Of a stretch of 64,000 nucleotides of DNA, positions 46,915-56,473 are shown piece by piece. Where the stretch lies: positions 1 through 64,000 of IMG/VR virus record IMGVR_UViG_2912765049_000001, one strand, 5' to 3'. Source of the stretch: a virus (lineage: Duplodnaviria > Caudoviricetes). A program made the position numbers and the translations under genes. Position 1 is the first letter of the stretch. Each line of letters opens with the position of its first letter. A model generated the notes under the pieces. The model worked only from the letters and a program-made list of their open reading frames with translations, made no database searches and had not been told where the DNA came from.

Positions 46915-47669
46915 GTAAGACTCCCGTCGCCAACCGCTCCAGTCGCCTGCGTCGACTCGCCGGCACTCTGGGCGAGAAGTACCAGCTCGACTGGAGTCGA
47001 GGCGAGCACATCGAGCCCGAATACGACGACGCCCGCCGGGAGTGGACGTACCGCTGGACCGACGGCCCCACCGTCGAGCAGATACGGCGCGCCGCCCGCA
47101 AGGCTGACCGGGAGGCCACCGATGGCCTGGTCTACCGGCGCGAACTGTCCCAGCAGACCGTCGCGCTCGGGGCCATCCGGCTGGCCATGGACCCCGCCAC
47201 CGGGGTCGACTTCCGCGACCGCCCGTCCATCACACCCAGCGCCGTCGCGGAACTGTGGCGCACCGTCTCCAAACCGCACCCGCGCGACGCTCGCGAGACG
47301 GCGATGGTCACTGCGATCCTTGCGGAGGCCAACGGCGACCGCGGCCGTAACTGGGCGCAGGACTACGACATCTGCAAGCTCGTCCAGGAACAGGGCCTGG
47401 CCACTTTCCTGCGACGTGCTGGCGTCGAGCTGAGCCCGATCGAGCGGCTGACCGAGCGCTATGCCCCGCCCCGTGCATCCCTGGCCTGGTCGCACCGCCT
47501 CGTTCCGATGACGGCCCTGGAGGCGTTCAGTGCTGTCCAGGCCAATCCGACGGCGAGAGCCGACGCCGTGGCGGACGCGTTGACCCTGCTGCCGACACTG
47601 CACGCCGAACTCGACCAGGCCGCCGCCGAGCTGCAGAGCAGGGTCACTGGCGAAGGGGCGGCCTCGTAG
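46911..47669 (+). CDS. hypothetical protein
   Basis: GTGA overlap, WTDGPT motif. Confidence 0.7.
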   Translation: MSKTPVANRSSRLRRLAGTLGEKYQLDWSRGEHIEPEYDDARREWTYRWTDGPTVEQIRRAARKADREATDGLVYRRELSQQTVALGAIRLAMDPATGVDFRDRPSITPSAVAELWRTVSKPHPRDARETAMVTAILAEANGDRGRNWAQDYDICKLVQEQGLATFLRRAGVELSPIERLTERYAPPRASLAWSHRLVPMTALEAFSAVQANPTARADAVADALTLLPTLHAELDQAAAELQSRVTGEGAAS

Positions 47670-47898
47670 TCTCGCCCCCGTTGGCGCCCGGACCGAGCCG
47701 GTGCCTGCCCCGCTCGTCAATGACGACGGGCGGGCAGTCGGGACAGGAGAAGAGATTCAGCGTGCCGATCCAGCGCCATCCCGCCTCCCACAAGGGGCGG
47801 TACTGCGCCGGCGCAGGCTTCGCGGTGCTCGCGCCGCAGGCGCCGCACTTCAGCATGTCGGCAGCCGCGGCCGTGACCTCCTGGGTGGTGACACTCAT
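47644..47898 (-). CDS. small zinc-finger hypothetical protein
   Basis: CGACG...AGW...SCPDCP. Confidence 0.55.
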   Translation of the reverse strand: MSVTTQEVTAAAADMLKCGACGASTAKPAPAQYRPLWEAGWRWIGTLNLFSCPDCPPVVIDERGRHRLGPGANGGETTRPPLRQ

Positions 47899-48009
47899 GC
47901 AGGGAGACTAGCGGTCTCCGCGGGAGGCGCTTCCGGCCGGTCATCTGCGGCGTAGCATGATCGCCGCGGTGAAACGGCCGCGCCCAGCACGAGGAGGAGG
48001 TCCCTTCCG

Positions 48010-48597
48010 GTGGACTGGCTCATCGCCGCCGCTCAGCAGCCCAGCACGAGCACCAGCCCTGTCTGGCTCGCACCTCTCCTGGGCGGCGTCGGAGCGGTAT
48101 TGGGCGGCAGCCTGACCTCAATGGTCGCCTGGCGCGTTCTGTCCGACACGAAGCAGGCCCGCAAGCGCGCCGAGGAGAAGGAGGCGGCGGCGACCATCAC
48201 TGCCGCACTGCTGGAGGTGCGCCAGATCTACCGGAACACCGATGTCGGGTCCGGGCCGGCGCCCGAGGACTTCGAATACTGGTCGGATTACCTCCTCTCG
48301 AAGCTCGGCAAGGCGGAGGTCGCCGTCATGGCGTTCCGCAGCGAGGCTCTGCGTACGCGCCTCACCGCTTCGCTGGATCTGCTGATCTGGGGATCCCACG
48401 ACGCGCGACTGCTGTACGAGACCCGCCTCGGCAGTTCACGCGCGGTGGCGTACGCGGCGCACCAGGACGCGATGGCCTGCCTCGGCGCGACGCTGCGCGG
48501 GGAGAAGCTGCCCGAGGCGACAAAGGCGTGGAAGGAGGCCGACGGCCATATGCAGTGGATGGCCGAGGAAGAACGACGGGCCACAGAAGAGGAATAG
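48010..48597 (+). CDS. N-terminally membrane-anchored hypothetical protein
   Basis: GAGGAGGAGG RBS; single TM helix. Confidence 0.7.
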   Translation: MDWLIAAAQQPSTSTSPVWLAPLLGGVGAVLGGSLTSMVAWRVLSDTKQARKRAEEKEAAATITAALLEVRQIYRNTDVGSGPAPEDFEYWSDYLLSKLGKAEVAVMAFRSEALRTRLTASLDLLIWGSHDARLLYETRLGSSRAVAYAAHQDAMACLGATLRGEKLPEATKAWKEADGHMQWMAEEERRATEEE

Positions 48598-48619
48598 CGC
48601 CCGGCACCAGGCAGCGGGG

Positions 48620-49174
48620 TCAGAAGGCCGCGGCCGGCTGCTGCCCGGACGGCCACGTGCAGCCCTCGCACCGCCCGTTGCGGTCGTGGCCCGCCGTCTC
48701 CCAATGCGTGTGCTTCAGCCGCCAGAACGCCTCCCGGTACGCCTCCCGGGCCCGCCGGCACCATTCCCGCTCCGCGGCGTCGAGGTGAGACCAGCACGCC
48801 CCCGGGTCGTCGACCTCGACGAAGCCCTCTGGCCACTCCGCAGCCTGCCGCGTGCAGGCCCGGCCGTCCTGCCGGGCCCGCACGCACAGTGGCTTCTCGA
48901 GGCCGAGCCGTCCTCCCCACGGCGGGGCGTGGAAGCGTACCCACTCCGCTGGCAGCGTCCGTACGACGCCCGGCGGCGGCAGCCGCACGTCCAGGTGCAG
49001 TCGGCCGCGGACGGCCCCCTGCCCTGCGGGCTCGTGGTCGACGGGCACACCGGTCGACGCCCACGTTCCGGTCAGCCGCTCGGCGATGGTCTGCAAGGTC
49101 GCTGCGTCGCTGGCCACGATGTCGACCACGGCCAACCCGGGCGCGGACACGAGCGAGGGGGTGATGTCTCCCAT
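48620..49174 (-). CDS. DUF6207-like protein with Cys-rich C-terminus
   Basis: PGLAVVDIVASDAAT...WA...VRGRLHLDVR. Confidence 0.6.
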   Translation of the reverse strand: MGDITPSLVSAPGLAVVDIVASDAATLQTIAERLTGTWASTGVPVDHEPAGQGAVRGRLHLDVRLPPPGVVRTLPAEWVRFHAPPWGGRLGLEKPLCVRARQDGRACTRQAAEWPEGFVEVDDPGACWSHLDAAEREWCRRAREAYREAFWRLKHTHWETAGHDRNGRCEGCTWPSGQQPAAAF

Positions 49175-49486
49175 GCCGTACGAGACCCCAACCGACGGTC
49201 TGCGGTTGCTGTCACCCGGCAGGGTTCACCCGGCCGAGTGCACGCGAACGGGCCGAGGGCCGAAGTGCCCGCCACGGCGCGGGGCTTGTCCACTACCCTG
49301 GTGTCTGGTCGCCCGGCTGCGGACGGCCCTGGCCCGAGTAGTCCGGCCCGTGACCGGATGGCGACGACAGCCCGAACCCGCTCAGCGGGAATCTGCGGCA
49401 GTGAATCGACAGTGTCCGCTTCCAGGCTCGCCCTGTACGCCAGGCGTGCCCGGGTCACGGGGCCGTGCGCGCAGCGAGGGGACCAA

Positions 49487-50512
49487 GTGGGAGCCAAGAA
49501 CCAGGCGTTGAAGAACGCCGCCCGCCGACGCGCGGAGGAGACCGGCCAGTCGTACGAGGCCGCGCTGAAGGACGTGCGTCGCGAGTACGAGCGCGGCGGC
49601 CTCGGCGAGGACGACCACCAGGAGCCGATGGGCTTCGACGAGGCGGCCGACGCCGACGAGCACCGACCGCGGACCGGAACCACCGGCTACTTCGTGGCCT
49701 GGGGGGTGCAGGAACTCCTCGGTACGGAGCAAGTCCGTGAGGTCGTCGAGCACGGCGAGAAGTGCGGCCAGCCCGGCGCCGCCGACCCGATCCTGTGCCA
49801 CCTGTGCGACCGGCGGATTGACGTCACCCGGGAGCCGGAAGTCCACCTGGGCCTGGCGCTGATCGAGGTCCCGGTCCCCGGCCGGCCGCGCCCCAAGGAG
49901 ACAATGGTGCCGGTGTGGACGCACGAGCAGTGTGGCCGGACCCGCGTCTGGGCCTGGTCCCAGCTCTCCCTGGAGCGGCGTCGGCGCGGCCTTCCTGTGG
50001 ACACGGCGTCCCTGCCGCCCAAGCAGCGCCGGCGGGGCGCCCGCACGGTGGAGGACTACTACGTGTTCACCCAGCCGGAGAACAGCCCGCCCCTCTTCTA
50101 CCTCCAGCCCGGCAGCCCGCACCGCCACGGCCCGGCCGGGTTCCGCGCGGACCGGCTCAGCGACGGCCTGCCCGCGCTGGACCTCTCCCGGGAGGAGGCC
50201 CGCGCGCTGCCGGAGTGGTCGATCGCCGCCGACGACACCGGCCTGCTGCACATCGCCCGGCAGGGCACCGGCCGCTGGTACCAGCCGCCCGCCCCGTGGA
50301 CGCCCTCCGCCGACTGGCTTGCCGCCGCGCACTACCACCGCAGCGCCATCGTCCTGACCGCCCCGGCCGACACGGTGCCCACCGAGCAGCTGGAGGCCAG
50401 CACGGGCGACCTGAGCATCCTGCTCGACGCCGGCCGCCTCGAGGTGCTGTTCGGTGCCCGCATGACCGTCGACTTCGTCCCGGCCGCGGCGACCGGCGAG
50501 GGCGCCCGGTGA
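49487..50512 (+). CDS. hypothetical protein
   Basis: GAGGGG RBS; ARRRAEETGQSYEAAL N-terminus; CHLC...HEQC. Confidence 0.7.
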   Translation: MGAKNQALKNAARRRAEETGQSYEAALKDVRREYERGGLGEDDHQEPMGFDEAADADEHRPRTGTTGYFVAWGVQELLGTEQVREVVEHGEKCGQPGAADPILCHLCDRRIDVTREPEVHLGLALIEVPVPGRPRPKETMVPVWTHEQCGRTRVWAWSQLSLERRRRGLPVDTASLPPKQRRRGARTVEDYYVFTQPENSPPLFYLQPGSPHRHGPAGFRADRLSDGLPALDLSREEARALPEWSIAADDTGLLHIARQGTGRWYQPPAPWTPSADWLAAAHYHRSAIVLTAPADTVPTEQLEASTGDLSILLDAGRLEVLFGARMTVDFVPAAATGEGAR

Positions 50513-50967
50513 CCGCGCGGGAGCTGTACGGGTCCGTGTACGAGGGCGTGCCCGACTCCACGGCCGTGCCCACCGGACTGCCGACAATGGACGGCACCCT
50601 GCCCGCGCTGATCCTCATCCCGAACGCCGACGTCACCGACGCTGAGGTCCGCGACTTCACCGCCCGGCACCGGTTCGCCTCCCGGGAGGAGACCGCCCGC
50701 GCTGCCGACTCCCAGGCCCGCTGGTCGCTGGAACCCGACGGCCGCGTGAGCATCACGTTCCTGTCCGACGAGGGGGCCGCCCGGATCGTGCTGCCGGCCG
50801 ATCCCCGGATCACGAACTGGACGTCCTTCGCCCGGCTGAGCGGCGGCAGCATCTCCGTGATGCTGCTCCCCGGCCTGGAGTCGGCGGACCTGCAGACGAT
50901 CGGCCGGCACCTCGCCCGGCCCGACGGCGAGTACTGGCACCTCAGCGTCGGCTGCATCCCCGCCTGA
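50509..50967 (+). CDS. hypothetical protein
   Basis: GTGA overlap, GC3 bias. Confidence 0.65.
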   Translation: MTARELYGSVYEGVPDSTAVPTGLPTMDGTLPALILIPNADVTDAEVRDFTARHRFASREETARAADSQARWSLEPDGRVSITFLSDEGAARIVLPADPRITNWTSFARLSGGSISVMLLPGLESADLQTIGRHLARPDGEYWHLSVGCIPA

Positions 50968-50992
50968 CGCCCACTGTCGATCACCACGCCAC

Positions 50993-51014
50993 TGTCAGTG
51001 GCGCCCGGCATGCT
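50993..51014 (+). promoter_or_regulatory. RecA-NDp/PafBC-type DNA-damage promoter candidate
   Basis: TGTCAGTG-N8-CATGCT upstream of the exonuclease gene. Confidence 0.5.
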
Positions 51015-51055
51015 GAACGTGCCCAGCTTCGGCCACGAGTAGGGGAAGGAACGCG

Positions 51056-52564
51056 ATGACGGACACCGTGCTGGAGACGGCTACGGATGAGACGCTGCCG
51101 GAAGCCCTCGGCGCATGGCGGCTCGCCGAACTCCTGGCCGAGCGCCTCGACGCGAAGGTGACATCCGCCGACATCGAGGAGCTCGTCGCGCGCGGCCACC
51201 TGAAGGTCGCCGACTACTTCAAGCGGCGCCCGATCTACGCCGTGGCCGATGCACTCGCCCTCGACGCCGACCTCGTCCGCCGGGTCGTCACCGACCGCAC
51301 CGAGTGGCAGGCGGCCTCCCTCACACGGGACGAGGCCAGCGCCCGGATCGGCTGGCACTGGCGCGACATCCAGCGCATGGGCAGCGAAGGCCGCGTCACC
51401 GTCGGCAAGGACGGCCGCTATCTGACCGCCGACATCGACCGGTTGCCCGTCGAGGCCGACGGCGAGCAGTTCATCACCGCCCAGGCCGCCGCCGACGTCC
51501 TGGAGATCCGGCACCCGGCCGACTGGCGGTACGTAGAGGCCGCCGGGTGGGTACGGCCCGCGGACACGTACGAGCGCGAGGTCGGCCGGCACCGCACGGT
51601 CACGGTCGCGTTGTTCAGGCTGGCCGATGTACGAGCCGTACGGGAGATGCCCGGTGTGGACTGGGAATCGGCCCGGGGACTGCCCAAGGGGACGCCCTCC
51701 CCCTTGCGGGAGTACGCCCGGCTCGCCCCCACCCGCGCTGCCGTCGTGAAGGGGTTCGCGCAGGCCCTGGCCGACCGGCACGGCGTCGAGGTCTGGGCGT
51801 GGAACTCGCCCTATTCCGGGGCCTGGGAGCTGGACTGGGCACGTATCGACGGCGCCCCGACCAAGGACCAGGTCCGCCAGGAGCTGGCCGACGACCCCCA
51901 AGCCGCCTCCTACGCCGGCGAGATCACCCTCTGCCCGACATGGGGGCGCATCACCCGCAAGGCCCGCGAACTGCTGCAGCCCGACGTCGCTGTAATCCTT
52001 GATACAGAGACCACGAAGCTCTACGGGCAGACCGTCGAGATCGCGGTGATCGATGCGGCGACCGGGAAAAAGCTCATGGACACGCTCGTACGCCCGACCG
52101 AGAAGATCAGCCTCGGTGCGTACTGGGTGCATGGCATCTCCGATGACGATGTGGCCGACGCCAGGCCGTGGGAGAAGGTACTGCCCCGGCTGCGGAAGGT
52201 CACCAAGGACCGCGTCATCTGTGCCTACAACAGCGAGTTCGACTCGTCCGTCGTGGTCGGCGACACCCGCCGCGCCGGCAAGAAACCGCTCCACCTCGCC
52301 GACGACGCGAACTGGTACTGCCTGATGGAGGCGTACGCCCAATGGCTGGGCTCCTCCCGGTGGCGGCGCCTGGGCGGAAGTCACCGGGCAGCTGGCGACT
52401 GTGCCGCCGCGCGCGACGTGCTGGTGCGCATGTCCAAGGGCCGCGGCACCGCCTTCACCCCGCAGCAGCCCGGGCCCGGCGACCCGGTGCCCGGGCCGCC
52501 CGCCCAAACCGCCCTGGCCGCCACCGTGCCCGGACAGCTGGCCAGTGAGACGGCGCCCGCGTAG
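51056..52564 (+). CDS. DEDDh 3'-5' exonuclease with N-terminal repeated HTH-like domains
   Basis: ILDTETT, VEIAV, VHGIS, AYNSEFD and HRAAGDC motifs. Confidence 0.88.
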   Translation: MTDTVLETATDETLPEALGAWRLAELLAERLDAKVTSADIEELVARGHLKVADYFKRRPIYAVADALALDADLVRRVVTDRTEWQAASLTRDEASARIGWHWRDIQRMGSEGRVTVGKDGRYLTADIDRLPVEADGEQFITAQAAADVLEIRHPADWRYVEAAGWVRPADTYEREVGRHRTVTVALFRLADVRAVREMPGVDWESARGLPKGTPSPLREYARLAPTRAAVVKGFAQALADRHGVEVWAWNSPYSGAWELDWARIDGAPTKDQVRQELADDPQAASYAGEITLCPTWGRITRKARELLQPDVAVILDTETTKLYGQTVEIAVIDAATGKKLMDTLVRPTEKISLGAYWVHGISDDDVADARPWEKVLPRLRKVTKDRVICAYNSEFDSSVVVGDTRRAGKKPLHLADDANWYCLMEAYAQWLGSSRWRRLGGSHRAAGDCAAARDVLVRMSKGRGTAFTPQQPGPGDPVPGPPAQTALAATVPGQLASETAPA

Positions 52565-52817
52565 CCGTTCCCGAACCGACACCCCAACCCCGTTGCACCA
52601 GCGGGGCGATACACGGGAACCTGGTCGGGCGCGAGGCTCTGCGCACCACGGGAGCGGGACCGGGCGGGTCTGCCGAGGCAGCCGCCACTGCAGCGGTCTC
52701 CGGTGTCACCGAGGGGTTCGAATCCCCTGCTGGGGCCTCGCGCGTACCTCTTTCTGGCACCCGCCGGTAAATCCCTGCCCCGCCCACCCCGCGTGGCGTA
52801 GCCTGGGCACACACCGA

Positions 52818-52891
52818 CGCGCGGTGGAGCAGCTCGGTAGCTCGCTGGGCTCATAACCCAGAGGTCGCTGGTTCAAATCCGGCCCGCGCTA
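52818..52891 (+). tRNA. tRNA-Met (CAT), initiator type
   Basis: full cloverleaf; C1:U72 mismatch; anticodon arm CTGGG-CTCATAA-CCCAG with three G-C pairs; TTCAAAT T-loop; no encoded CCA. Confidence 0.93.
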
Positions 52892-52896
52892 CGAGA

Positions 52897-52929
52897 TCCG
52901 GCCCCCCAACATCATGTTGGGGGGTCGGA
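52897..52929. terminator. hairpin after the tRNA
   Basis: TCCGGCCCCCCAACAT-C-ATGTTGGGGGGTCGGA. Confidence 0.7.
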
Positions 52930-52947
52930 GTTGTCAGGTGGCGATTC

Positions 52948-53217
52948 CTACGCGCTGACCGTGGCCGTCGCGGATGCAGAGGTCGCGATGCGCATCCCAC
53001 TGCCGTCGTACTCCACGACTTCGCCCGGCAGGATCAACAGCCCCGGCTCGCCGTCCTCCCACGCCGAACCAACCCGGCGCACCTGTACCGCCGGGCCCCG
53101 CGCGCCGGCCATGAACACCGTCGGGTCGACCTCCCAGCCGTGCTGAGCAAGCCACGCCTCCAGAGCCGCGGAGTCCTCGCTGCTCGCCCCCCGCGGCCAC
53201 TCGTACGTACACGTCAC
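52948..53217 (-). CDS. hypothetical protein
   Basis: GGGGGA RBS before GTG. Confidence 0.55.
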   Translation of the reverse strand: MTCTYEWPRGASSEDSAALEAWLAQHGWEVDPTVFMAGARGPAVQVRRVGSAWEDGEPGLLILPGEVVEYDGSGMRIATSASATATVSA

Positions 53218-53420
53218 TGCCGTTCCCCCAGTCCGTAAGCGGATCCGCGGCCGATCCTGCCATCGCGCACCGACAGGCCAGCCGACACCGCCTGCCGCCC
53301 TACACCCCGCAATGCCTGCGAACAGGAGGAGAATCCGGGGCCTCTGTGCCGCATTCGCAGGCGTGTCCGCGCGGCGGTGCCTTCGAAACATCGGCCCGAC
53401 AGCTGTGGCGGGCGATCGGT

Positions 53421-53678
53421 TCACGCTTCCCGGTGGATCACCAGGCCGCCGTCCTTCGTCCAGGTCCGCAGCGGTTCCCGCACCCCGCCGGCCTCCGCCC
53501 ACAAGGTGATCGTCACCCCGGCCATGCTGCCGTGCGAGCCCACGAAGCCGAGGAACTTCTCCAACGCCACGGCGCCGTCCGTCCACGTGCCCGTCACGGC
53601 CGGGCCGTCCTTCCGGAAGGTCACCGCGACATGGAACTCCTCGGCCTCGACCGGCTGTCCGGGGGCGGGACCGATCAC
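53421..53678 (-). CDS. small protein coupled to the recombinase
   Basis: GTGA overlap with the recombinase stop. Confidence 0.6.
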   Translation of the reverse strand: MIGPAPGQPVEAEEFHVAVTFRKDGPAVTGTWTDGAVALEKFLGFVGSHGSMAGVTITLWAEAGGVREPLRTWTKDGGLVIHREA

Positions 53679-54862
53679 TGCTGGGCCGCCTCGGCGCGCC
53701 GCTTCTCCGCCACCTTGTGCCAGGGGTTCTCCGCCCTCGTCTGGGCGCGGTCCAGGTACTCCTTCTTGACCGTGGCGGAGCCCTCTTTCCACCGGCCCTG
53801 CTTGGTCGGGTCCCCGCCCGCGTCCGCGATCTCCTGAGCGCCGCCGCGCCGCAGCCCGTGCGCGGTGATCTTGTGCCAGTCCTTCAGGCCCGCCTTGTAC
53901 GCCCGGCCGCGTACCCAGTCGTTGACGGCGTCGCCGGTGACGTAGTCGCCCCGCAGGGTCGCCGTGGACCGGTTCTGTAGCGTGCCGGCCGACGTCAGGG
54001 CGCGCAGCAGCGGTCCGTTGCGGACGCCGAGGCGGTGCAGGCAGTTCAGCCAGTCCCGTACGGCCTCCACCGGGTCGTAGAGCGGGTTGTCCGGGTCCGC
54101 GGGGATCCACGTCTCCTGGCCCTCGGCCGCCTGGTCTGTTTTGGAGAAGGCGACCCACTCGGCGATGCCGTCCTCCTCGACCTCCACGTCCTCGATGTCC
54201 AGGTCGGCCAGCTCGATACGCCGGTTGAGCGCGGCCCGGCCGATCAGCAGCGCGCACCGGTCCCGCAGGCCGATCGGGTGGCGCAGGTCGCAGGTGCCGA
54301 CCATGGCCTCCAGCATCGGCCGGGTGATGGGCGGCGCCTTGCGGACCCGGTTGCGCTTGCCCCAGTCCTTGCGGTGCTCGTTGAGCATGCCGCGGGCCTC
54401 GGTGTTGTCCGGCTTCAGGTCCGGCGGCATCCAGGTCCGGACGCCGCTCATGTAGGTGCTGATGGTGTTCGGGGACATGTCCCGGGCGATCATCCCGGCG
54501 ACCCACTCGACGTACGTCGCCGTCGTGCACGGCCGGGCGACTCGCCCCATGGCCTCGCACCACTCGGCGAACAGGCGCCGCTGGTTGGTGTAGTTGCGGT
54601 TGGTGTTCTTCGGCTTGGACTTGTTCTGCAGCCGCTCGGCGGTCGCCGGGGACACCTCGAAGTCGCGCCGCGTGTACGAGGGGGCGTCTGCCCGGGTCGC
54701 CAGGTCCTGGCCGGGGTAGAGGATCGTGTGTCGGTCCACCGGGGGCTTGGCGGGTGCCGCCGGGGTGAGGGTGGTGGGCAGCAGTTCGTCGTCGACGATC
54801 TCGGCGTCGACCACCTCGACGACTTCGAGGTCTGCGCCTTCGGTGTCGTGGGCCGTGGTCAT
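53675..54862 (-). CDS. tyrosine recombinase (Cre-like integrase/resolvase)
   Basis: RDRCALL...NRRIEL, SKTDQ, HGLRRG, GRW, KEYL: complete R-K-H-R-W-Y set. Confidence 0.92.
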   Translation of the reverse strand: MTTAHDTEGADLEVVEVVDAEIVDDELLPTTLTPAAPAKPPVDRHTILYPGQDLATRADAPSYTRRDFEVSPATAERLQNKSKPKNTNRNYTNQRRLFAEWCEAMGRVARPCTTATYVEWVAGMIARDMSPNTISTYMSGVRTWMPPDLKPDNTEARGMLNEHRKDWGKRNRVRKAPPITRPMLEAMVGTCDLRHPIGLRDRCALLIGRAALNRRIELADLDIEDVEVEEDGIAEWVAFSKTDQAAEGQETWIPADPDNPLYDPVEAVRDWLNCLHRLGVRNGPLLRALTSAGTLQNRSTATLRGDYVTGDAVNDWVRGRAYKAGLKDWHKITAHGLRRGGAQEIADAGGDPTKQGRWKEGSATVKKEYLDRAQTRAENPWHKVAEKRRAEAAQQ

Positions 54863-55009
54863 GGCGTCACCGAGCCGCGGCCGGGGCGGGAGCGACGGGC
54901 ATGGGTGGGCAGCCTTTCGGGAGCGGGCGGCGCCGGGAGCAGGCGCTTCCTTACTAGTTGATCACTGTTTGTGCTGGTAAGCGGTGTGTTGGGCGGCACA
55001 CCGCGCCGG

Positions 55010-55375
55010 TCAGTGTGTTGCGCTGGGGTCCCGGTTCTCCTCCACGACCAGGTCCCGCCAGGTCGGGGCGAACTCGGCGGTGTAGTCCGGGTGTTCGTGC
55101 CAGCGCCGGGCGATGTGGCGCAGCATCTCCCACGCCTCCTCCGCGCGGGTCTGCCGCACCGCCTGGTCGGTGTGTGTCCGGATGCCGGTGCGCATCAGGT
55201 CGCCGGCGGCTGCTGCCCGGCTGGCCAGGTACTGCAGGGCGTCCAGCGCGAGTGCGGTATCGCTCCCGGCAGGCACGCCGCGGCGGGCTTCCTCCAAGCG
55301 GGCCTGAACGAAGGAGTCGATGCGGTCGTACAGCTCCGGGAGCATCGGGTGCCGTACGTCGGCGGAGGCGGCCAT
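55010..55375 (-). CDS. hypothetical protein (DUF6221-like C-terminus)
   Basis: LRHIARRWHEHPDYTAEFAP. Confidence 0.6.
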   Translation of the reverse strand: MAASADVRHPMLPELYDRIDSFVQARLEEARRGVPAGSDTALALDALQYLASRAAAAGDLMRTGIRTHTDQAVRQTRAEEAWEMLRHIARRWHEHPDYTAEFAPTWRDLVVEENRDPSATH

Positions 55376-55377
55376 GC

Positions 55378-55974
55378 TCAACTCCCCTCCGGCTGGGCCT
55401 GGTCGGTTGGGTGGCCGATGGACGGCTCGCGCTGGGTGAGGACGACGGCGACGGACTCGAGCACCCGCCAGGCGAGGTGGTGCAGTTCGCCATCGTGTCC
55501 GGTGATGCTGTCCGCCGACCCGGCCTCCCGGCTGTCGAGGGCCAGGCGCAGCGCGTCGGACGTCATCGCGAGGCGCCCCAGGGCCTGGTCCTCGTCGTAC
55601 GCGGCCGGGGTGGGATCGTCGGGGAGCCCCTCGAGAAGCCGCCGCAGGTCGGCGTCGGGGACCGTGGTCGTCGGCCGGTTGTCGAGCAGGGCGCCGCGGA
55701 GCGTCTCGGCGAGGGGGACCGCCCGCGGCGGGATGCGGTCCGGGTCGGCGCGGCGCGCGGCGAGGAAGCGGCTGAAGACATCGGGGTCGAAGGTCATGGG
55801 CAGTCCTTGTTCGGCCGCCGCCAGCGCCGCGGCGGAAATGCCGTGGGCGTGGCGGCAGTTGGGGTCCTGGCAGGCGTGCAGGTCGCCCGCGGGCCAGTAA
55901 TACAGCGGGGTGCCGTGGACGGGGCAGCGGCAGGCAGCGCCGCACCAGTGAGTCTGGCGTACGGCGGCCGTCAC
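55378..55974 (-). CDS. hypothetical protein
   Basis: CPVH...HACQDPNC; coupled overlap. Confidence 0.65.
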   Translation of the reverse strand: MTAAVRQTHWCGAACRCPVHGTPLYYWPAGDLHACQDPNCRHAHGISAAALAAAEQGLPMTFDPDVFSRFLAARRADPDRIPPRAVPLAETLRGALLDNRPTTTVPDADLRRLLEGLPDDPTPAAYDEDQALGRLAMTSDALRLALDSREAGSADSITGHDGELHHLAWRVLESVAVVLTQREPSIGHPTDQAQPEGS

Positions 55975-56459
55975 CGGGAGCCCGAGGCGATGTTCTGGGC
56001 GCCGGCCACGCCCTCGCTCAGTGCGGTGAGTTCGCGGCGTACGTCCTCGTGCTCGGCGGTGCCCACCAGTGCGGCGGACAGCATCTGCGCGACCGGGTCA
56101 GTGGTCGGGTGCTCGCCCCGGTGGATGGCGCGCAGCCGGTGGAGGCTGACGACGTCCCAGGCGCGGTCGCTGGACTCCCGTACGGCCTCGGTCGCCTCAC
56201 GCGCGGTCTGGAGTGAGCGCAGGAAGTCGACCAGGTCGTGGCTCTGGAGGTGCTCGCGCACCCTGGTCTCCAGCTCGGCCGGGTCGCTGGGGTGGGTGAC
56301 GGGGTCGTCGTGGTGCCAGTCGCAGTCGTCCAGCGGGCAGGCGACGCAGGTCCAACCGGCGCTGAACAGGGCCCGGCTGTAGTGCGGGGCCCGGCCGCGG
56401 TCGGCTTTCCACCTGCCGGCGTGCTCGGCCGCCTGGAGCGCGGCGGTCGCGTCGCTCAT
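55971..56459 (-). CDS. hypothetical protein with CPLxxCxW...H zinc motif
   Basis: AAGGAG RBS. Confidence 0.65.
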   Translation of the reverse strand: MSDATAALQAAEHAGRWKADRGRAPHYSRALFSAGWTCVACPLDDCDWHHDDPVTHPSDPAELETRVREHLQSHDLVDFLRSLQTAREATEAVRESSDRAWDVVSLHRLRAIHRGEHPTTDPVAQMLSAALVGTAEHEDVRRELTALSEGVAGAQNIASGSR

Positions 56460-56473
56460 CTCGGCGTGCTCCT

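Noticed and set aside
52655-52740. Calling a bona fide tRNA-Gln(CTG) here
   Set aside because: No U33, and no proper acceptor or D stem at canonical spacing. Kept only as a tRNA-like finding.
52818-54862. tRNA plus integrase as an attL/attR prophage boundary
   Set aside because: I found no duplicate of the tRNA 3' end in the window. Gene style and shared motifs (19-bp palindrome, TACAACG dyad) continue on both sides.
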